In this document: in pieces, positions 58,559-64,000 of the stretch
Numbering within the stretch: the stretch's first letter is position 1
Layout: each line of letters opens with the position of its first letter
NCBI GenBank assembly: GCA_003141835.1
Contig: PLNR01000008.1
Span: 61,564-125,563 of the forward strand
Direction: 5' to 3'
DNA length: 64,000 bases
Source: Candidatus Omnitrophota bacterium
GTDB lineage: Bacteria; Omnitrophota; Gorgyraeia; Pluralincolimonadales; Pluralincolimonadaceae
Notes under the pieces: generated by a model
What the model was told of the DNA's origin: nothing
The model's input: only the letters and a program-made list of their open reading frames with translations
Databases searched by the model: none
Program-made: the position numbers and the translations under genes

Positions 58559-59266
58559 CTATCCCTTGTATAAAAGTTTGAATATCAGGAGCGTGGCGAG
58601 TATGCCGATCACGGAGCCAGCTATCGCCTCCCACACCGTATGCAGCCCTCTCCTTACCCTGGATATTGCCAGCAACATCGCCATCAGGAACGCCAGCGCC
58701 GAGACCACGCCGTTGCGGGTTAGTATTGTTATCACGGTAAAGACCGAGAAGCCAAGCGCCGAATGCCCGCTGGGCCAGCCGCCCCTGAGCGGCGTCCCCT
58801 TCCTTAAAAGTATCTTGATGATTATAACCAGGAAAATTACGGAGACGAGGGAGATAAAGGTGATATGCCAGGGCGATTGCCTGATGCGGGATACTCCCTC
58901 AGAGAGGTCTATTAATTTTACCGTCCTGAAGAAGATCAGGTACCCGACTATGACGGCGTAAACCGACGTGACGAATACGCAGCCGGCCGCGATGTCCTTT
59001 GCCAGCTTGGCCATATGGTGGAATTCCTTGGTGAACATGTCTACTGCCAACTCCAGGGCCGTATTAAACATCTCGGCCACGATCACCAGCGTGACCGCGC
59101 TCAAAAGCAGGATGAATTCAACCGGCGACAGGCCCGCGATCAGGCCGAGTATTATGACCGCCGCGCCTATCACAAAATGGATGCGCATGTTCCGCTGGGT
59201 CTTGAGCGTATGCTTAAGCCCCTCTATCGCGTAATTGAAAGAATCCGTAAGCCCGCGTTTTTTCAT
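58559..59266 (-). CDS. dgkA: diacylglycerol kinase (DgkA) fused to a PAP2-family phosphatase domain
   Basis: N-terminal prokaryotic DAGK motifs (NYAIEGLKH, MRIHF), C-terminal PAP2 SGHS motif. Confidence 0.65.
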   Translation of the reverse strand: MKKRGLTDSFNYAIEGLKHTLKTQRNMRIHFVIGAAVIILGLIAGLSPVEFILLLSAVTLVIVAEMFNTALELAVDMFTKEFHHMAKLAKDIAAGCVFVTSVYAVIVGYLIFFRTVKLIDLSEGVSRIRQSPWHITFISLVSVIFLVIIIKILLRKGTPLRGGWPSGHSALGFSVFTVITILTRNGVVSALAFLMAMLLAISRVRRGLHTVWEAIAGSVIGILATLLIFKLLYKG

Positions 59267-59664
59267 AGTTTTGGAAGGATCCTTCTTTCCATCTTCCTCA
59301 TCTCTTTCTTTTTTGACGGGGAGGTGTCGTCGTATCCGGAGAGATGGAGTATCCCGTGTATCATGTATAATTTCAGTTCTTCGTCCGGCGTGGACCCGAA
59401 TCGCCTTGAATTTTTTTCGGCCGTCTCCGCGGATATGGCGATATCCCCGGTCTCGAATGCCAGCACGTCTGTGGCTTTATTCTTTTTCCTGTATTTTTTG
59501 TTCAGCCGTTTTATTCCGGCGTCGTCGACAAAAAGTATGCAGACAGCACTTTTCTTATACCTGACAATGGACAATATCTTCTCGGCGTACTTTATGGCCC
59601 TCTTTTCCGGGAACGGCAGCTTTACGCCTTCCGCCAGCACCGCGGCACGTACCGTTTTGGGCAC
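59263..59664 (-). CDS. ybeY: rRNA maturation endoribonuclease YbeY
   Basis: HGILHLSGYDD metal-binding His motif; 133 aa. Confidence 0.85.
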   Translation of the reverse strand: MPKTVRAAVLAEGVKLPFPEKRAIKYAEKILSIVRYKKSAVCILFVDDAGIKRLNKKYRKKNKATDVLAFETGDIAISAETAEKNSRRFGSTPDEELKLYMIHGILHLSGYDDTSPSKKKEMRKMERRILPKL

Positions 59665-59668
59665 CGCG

Positions 59669-61849
59669 CTATTCCTTGTCGTTGGGGTACTGGACCCTCG
59701 TATGGTATACGCCTGTCAGGACCTTGGTGAAAGTCGCAGCTATTATATTGAGGTCCTTAAGGGTGAGGTCGCACTCGTCCAGCTGGCCGTCGATGAATTT
59801 ATTGTTTATTATCCGGCGGACAAGTTCCTCCAGGTTCCCCGGTGTCGGGTTCGGCAGGGTCCGCGATGCTGCCTCGACCGAGTCTGCCAGGTGGACTATC
59901 GCCGTCTCCTTGGTTTGGGGTTTCGGGCCGGGATAACGGAACCCCTCCTCTTCAAGCTTATTGAGGTCCTCGACCGATTCCAACGCCCTCTGGTAAAAAT
60001 AATATATGAGCCCTGTCCCGTGATGCTGCTCGATGAAATCTATAAGCGCGCTGTTCAGGCCGGCCTTCTTCGCTTTTTCGAGGCCGTCTTTCACGTGGTT
60101 TATTATTATGAGGCTCGACATCGTAGGCGCGAGCTTATCATGCTGGCTTTCGGTTATGGGCTGGTTCTCGGCGAAATATTCGGACTTTTCCACCTTGCCG
60201 ATATCGTGGTAGTAGGATCCCACCCTCGCCAGGAGCCCGTTCGCGCCTATCGCGTCGCAGGCCGCCTCCGCGAGGTTGCCCACTATCAGGCTGTGATGGT
60301 ATGTGCCCGGCGCCTTCAGTATCAATTCCTTGAGCAGCGGATTGTTCGGGTCGGCCAGTTCGAGCAGCGAGATATTCGTAGTTATCCCGAAGAGCGATTC
60401 GAATATATGGAGCGTCCCAACGATGATTATGCCGACCGCGATGCCGTTCATGAGGAAAAAAGATGCGTCCTTGAATATGACGCTGCTTTCAAGGTTATTG
60501 AGTATCCCCAGCCCTATTATGCAGACCGCGTTCGAGATGCCGACGACCATGCCGGCCTTGAAGAGTTCGGACCTTTTCCTTACGGCCCTCACCGTGTAAA
60601 TGCCGATCACGCTCCCGGCGATGAACGTCAATGTCGAATCGAACCTTTCACCTGCCACTAAGCCGGCGAGGATGCTCAATACCACCGCGATGATTATGGC
60701 CGGCCTCACGCCCAGCAAAAGCCCGATCAGTATAGGCACTATCGCGACCGGCACGAAATACGCCGGGCCGTTCGAAAGGGAGATCGCCTTGCCTATCGCG
60801 GTGATCACGACGGCCATTAGGGCTATGAGGATGAGGTGCCTGTTGTTCGAGTAGAGCGCAGGTTCGTAATATTTAAAGTATAGGCCGGCTATGATGACGA
60901 GTAGGGCCACTACGAAAAAGATGCCCAGCATCGACAGCGCGAATTTCTGCTCGGATACGGAAGCGGCGCGCAGGGCCTCGAATTTCGCGACCACTTCGCC
61001 GGTCACACGTTCTCCCCTCTTGATTATCAGCTCATCCTTCACGACATCTATAAGTTTCTCCTGTGCCGGGACCGAGGAGATAGCCTCTTCACGCCTGCGG
61101 GAGGTCTCGACTACATTCGATTTCAAATTGGCGGATATGGCGGCGCTGAAGATATCCTTCATCACGCCCTTAAGCTTGTTGTCTGCTATGGCTGAGCCGT
61201 CAAACGCCGCCTGCACGAGGTTCTGGATATCGGCCGAGGTCTTCAGCCCTTTCACGTCAATGTCATATTCGATCTTTGCGGCGGAATTCCTGATCTTTAT
61301 CTCGGCCTTGCCCTGTTTTTTTAAATTATCTTTCTCGTCGGCAGATATAATGCCCTGGGAGAATACCGACTCAAGCTGGCTGAGGACCGCCGGTTCGATC
61401 TTTTCGGATTCCGGGGAAGAGAGCAGGATTTTTAGGTCGTTATCGGAGAGTCCAAGCTTATTGGCCGGCTTGATCTTCGCCAGCCTCTCGTCGAGCCCGA
61501 GATTTCCCGCGGCTTTTGCCTCTTTGAGCGCGTTGAATACGGCCTTGACGTTCAATGCGGCATTTTCGGATATTGCCGGGTCGATATCATAGATATCTTT
61601 TATCGAGAGGGCGGCGTCTTTTTTGAATTGCTCGGTCTTTTCCGTGTCCACGCCGGCGTTGAACGAGAAATTAACAGGGGCATAGATATCCCTGTCCGCG
61701 ACCTTGCCTACCTGCGGCTGGCCGCCGTAAGGGGTCTTGCCTATATATATGACCGATACGAGGGCCACGCAGGTCGCGGCGGCTATAAGCCACCTCGTCG
61801 TTATCTCCCGCGGCATAGGTTTAGGTCTTTTGAACATATCCATGCTCAC
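59669..61849 (-). CDS. pgpH: 7TM-HD (PgpH-like, HDIG domain) membrane phosphohydrolase
   Basis: Seven TM helices plus HD domain HHSLIVG...YHDIGK; canonical phoH-pgpH-ybeY order. Confidence 0.8.
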   Translation of the reverse strand: MSMDMFKRPKPMPREITTRWLIAAATCVALVSVIYIGKTPYGGQPQVGKVADRDIYAPVNFSFNAGVDTEKTEQFKKDAALSIKDIYDIDPAISENAALNVKAVFNALKEAKAAGNLGLDERLAKIKPANKLGLSDNDLKILLSSPESEKIEPAVLSQLESVFSQGIISADEKDNLKKQGKAEIKIRNSAAKIEYDIDVKGLKTSADIQNLVQAAFDGSAIADNKLKGVMKDIFSAAISANLKSNVVETSRRREEAISSVPAQEKLIDVVKDELIIKRGERVTGEVVAKFEALRAASVSEQKFALSMLGIFFVVALLVIIAGLYFKYYEPALYSNNRHLILIALMAVVITAIGKAISLSNGPAYFVPVAIVPILIGLLLGVRPAIIIAVVLSILAGLVAGERFDSTLTFIAGSVIGIYTVRAVRKRSELFKAGMVVGISNAVCIIGLGILNNLESSVIFKDASFFLMNGIAVGIIIVGTLHIFESLFGITTNISLLELADPNNPLLKELILKAPGTYHHSLIVGNLAEAACDAIGANGLLARVGSYYHDIGKVEKSEYFAENQPITESQHDKLAPTMSSLIIINHVKDGLEKAKKAGLNSALIDFIEQHHGTGLIYYFYQRALESVEDLNKLEEEGFRYPGPKPQTKETAIVHLADSVEAASRTLPNPTPGNLEELVRRIINNKFIDGQLDECDLTLKDLNIIAATFTKVLTGVYHTRVQYPNDKE

Positions 61850-61850
61850 C

Positions 61851-62801
<951 letters not shown>

Positions 62802-62807
62802 GTACCC

Positions 62808-63350
62808 TTATTTCGTGTATTCGTTCCCCTTTGTCTCAGCCGGAGTGTTCGCCTTTGGGACCTTGATCGTCATGCCCGGGCGTAACTTATCCGGAGATTT
62901 AAGGAGATCCTTGTTGATATTATAAAGTTTCTTCCACTTCTTTGTAGTACCGTAGAGCTTCTGCGATATCTTCTGCAGCGTCTCGCCCTTCTGGACCTTA
63001 TAATCGGTCAATTCTTCTTTTGTCACCGATCCAGGCGCGGGCTGCCCGGCAGGCTCGGACCCGAAGTTCGTTACCGGAGCGGGAGCCGCCTCGGCTGTTT
63101 CATCCGCTTTTTTCTGCACCCTGTTCTCTTTCTCCATCGACGGTGCCTCTACCTGGACTTCTATATAAGTCTTTGTGGGTTTCCTTTCGCCGACAGCCGG
63201 CGCGTTCCCCATCAGATATCCCTGGTTACCCGATGATTTTGTCAGGTCCTGGTCGACCCTCTCCCTGGTCACCATCTTTGTCGTGACCGAGCATCCGGTC
63301 AAGGCCGTGATCATGACCGCCAAAACCAAAAACACAAATAACTTCTTCAT
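62808..63350 (-). CDS. LysM domain lipoprotein
   Basis: LTGC lipobox; C-terminal LysM (YKVQKGETLQKISQKLYG). Confidence 0.7.
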   Translation of the reverse strand: MKKLFVFLVLAVMITALTGCSVTTKMVTRERVDQDLTKSSGNQGYLMGNAPAVGERKPTKTYIEVQVEAPSMEKENRVQKKADETAEAAPAPVTNFGSEPAGQPAPGSVTKEELTDYKVQKGETLQKISQKLYGTTKKWKKLYNINKDLLKSPDKLRPGMTIKVPKANTPAETKGNEYTK

Positions 63351-63363
63351 TCCCTTCCTCCTT

Positions 63364-64000
63364 TTATTTTTTTAGGTTTAGCCCCAGTTCTTTTAATTGT
63401 TTATCCGATACGTCCGACGGCGCGCCGGTCATGAAACAGACCGCCTTCTGCGTCTTCGGGAACGCTATCACATCCCTTATGCTCTCCGAGCCAGTCATCA
63501 TGGCTATAAGCCTGTCAAGTCCCGGCGCTATCCCGCCATGCGGCGGGGCACCGTACGAAAAGGCCTCAAGAAGGAATCCGAACCTGGCTTTAACCTCTTC
63601 ATCGCTCAGGCCTATCGCCTTGAATATCTTCGCCTGCGTATCCCTGCTGTGGATCCTTATCGAGCCGGAACTGATCTCGGTGCCGTTCAATACCAGGTCG
63701 TATGCCTTCGCCCTGACTTTTTCCGGGTTCGTTTCGATGAGTTTTATGTCTTCATCATACGGCGCGGTGAAAGGATGGTGTTCGGCTTCCCAGCGTTTTT
63801 CCTCGTCGTTGTACTTGAACCACGGGAATTCGACTACCCACAGGAAATTGAACTTATTTTTATCTATCAGGTTGTACTTTTCCGCAAGCGCCGTCCTCAG
63901 GCGGGCCAGGACGTCGTTTACCGTCCCCTTCTTGTCGGCGACCGCGAGGATCATATCGCCTTTCACGGCGTCCATCTTTTTAAGTATTGCCTTCACGCGG
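63364..64000 (-). CDS. aspS: aspartate--tRNA ligase, C-terminal part (N-terminus beyond the window end)
   Basis: Class II motif 3 GGIAPGLDRLIAMM; open through the window end. Confidence 0.8.
   Translation of the reverse strand, partial: RVKAILKKMDAVKGDMILAVADKKGTVNDVLARLRTALAEKYNLIDKNKFNFLWVVEFPWFKYNDEEKRWEAEHHPFTAPYDEDIKLIETNPEKVRAKAYDLVLNGTEISSGSIRIHSRDTQAKIFKAIGLSDEEVKARFGFLLEAFSYGAPPHGGIAPGLDRLIAMMTGSESIRDVIAFPKTQKAVCFMTGAPSDVSDKQLKELGLNLKK

Noticed and set aside
59015-60661. 548-aa plus-strand ORF
   Set aside because: It lies antisense to the well-supported ybeY and pgpH genes, has Arg/Cys-rich low-complexity translation and no motifs. Shadow ORF of a GC-rich coding region.
60891-61592. 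233-aa plus-strand Ser/Ala-rich ORF
   Set aside because: Antisense to pgpH; compositionally biased shadow ORF.

Overview
The window is 64 kb of dense bacterial chromosome, mostly about 50-55% GC, with a roughly 7 kb low-GC accessory island at about 30.4-37.6 kb. No rRNA, CRISPR array, integrase or transposase was found. One tRNA-Arg(CCT) lies on the minus strand at 51630..51706.

Core genes include aroB (5' partial), rnc, plsC, a metY-metX-metW methionine block, a thioredoxin/glutaredoxin/nitroreductase cluster, and a GH57 glycoside hydrolase flanked by two paralogous outer-membrane beta-barrel genes. The minus-strand 3' end carries ppdK, glyQS, recO, apt, a sigma-70 family factor, the phoH-pgpH-ybeY-dgkA/PAP2 block and aspS (partial).

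c-di-GMP-related genes are abundant: three tandem stand-alone PilZ genes beside a GspA/GspB-like pair, a fourth PilZ gene with a TM anchor at 42922..43416, a PAS-GGDEF-HD-GYP protein, and a REC-GGDEF(degenerate)-MshEN-like protein. A secreted-protein region contains PEP-CTERM-type proteins and two giant PATR-repeat autotransporters sharing an ~87% identical 1.6 kb C-terminal region; the larger one carries an N-terminal calcineurin-like metallophosphoesterase domain.

The island is the most interesting part. It holds seven same-strand genes of unknown function (membrane proteins, a lipoprotein, a cupin), among them a proteasome-beta/HslV-like Ntn-hydrolase. It also has four copies of an ~60 bp nested-palindrome element in consecutive gene leaders and ~85 bp direct repeats, each beginning with a terminator hairpin. 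It ends in a translationally coupled ImmA/IrrE metallopeptidase + T4 Beta-family protein pair, convergent with a PD-(D/E)xK-like sce7726-type gene. I read this as a candidate uncharacterised conflict/defence module.

Downstream of the island is a lexA-small ORF-dinB SOS cassette. Its promoter is probably leaderless and has a perfect CCACACA-N2-TGTGTGG palindrome in the spacer, a candidate lineage-specific SOS box. Next comes an ORF6N/XRE/ArsR-SmtB regulator cluster. It is followed by a Cys-rich 57-aa metallothionein-like ORF that is absent from the supplied ORF track.

Several large antisense ORFs in the track are shadow ORFs and were rejected.
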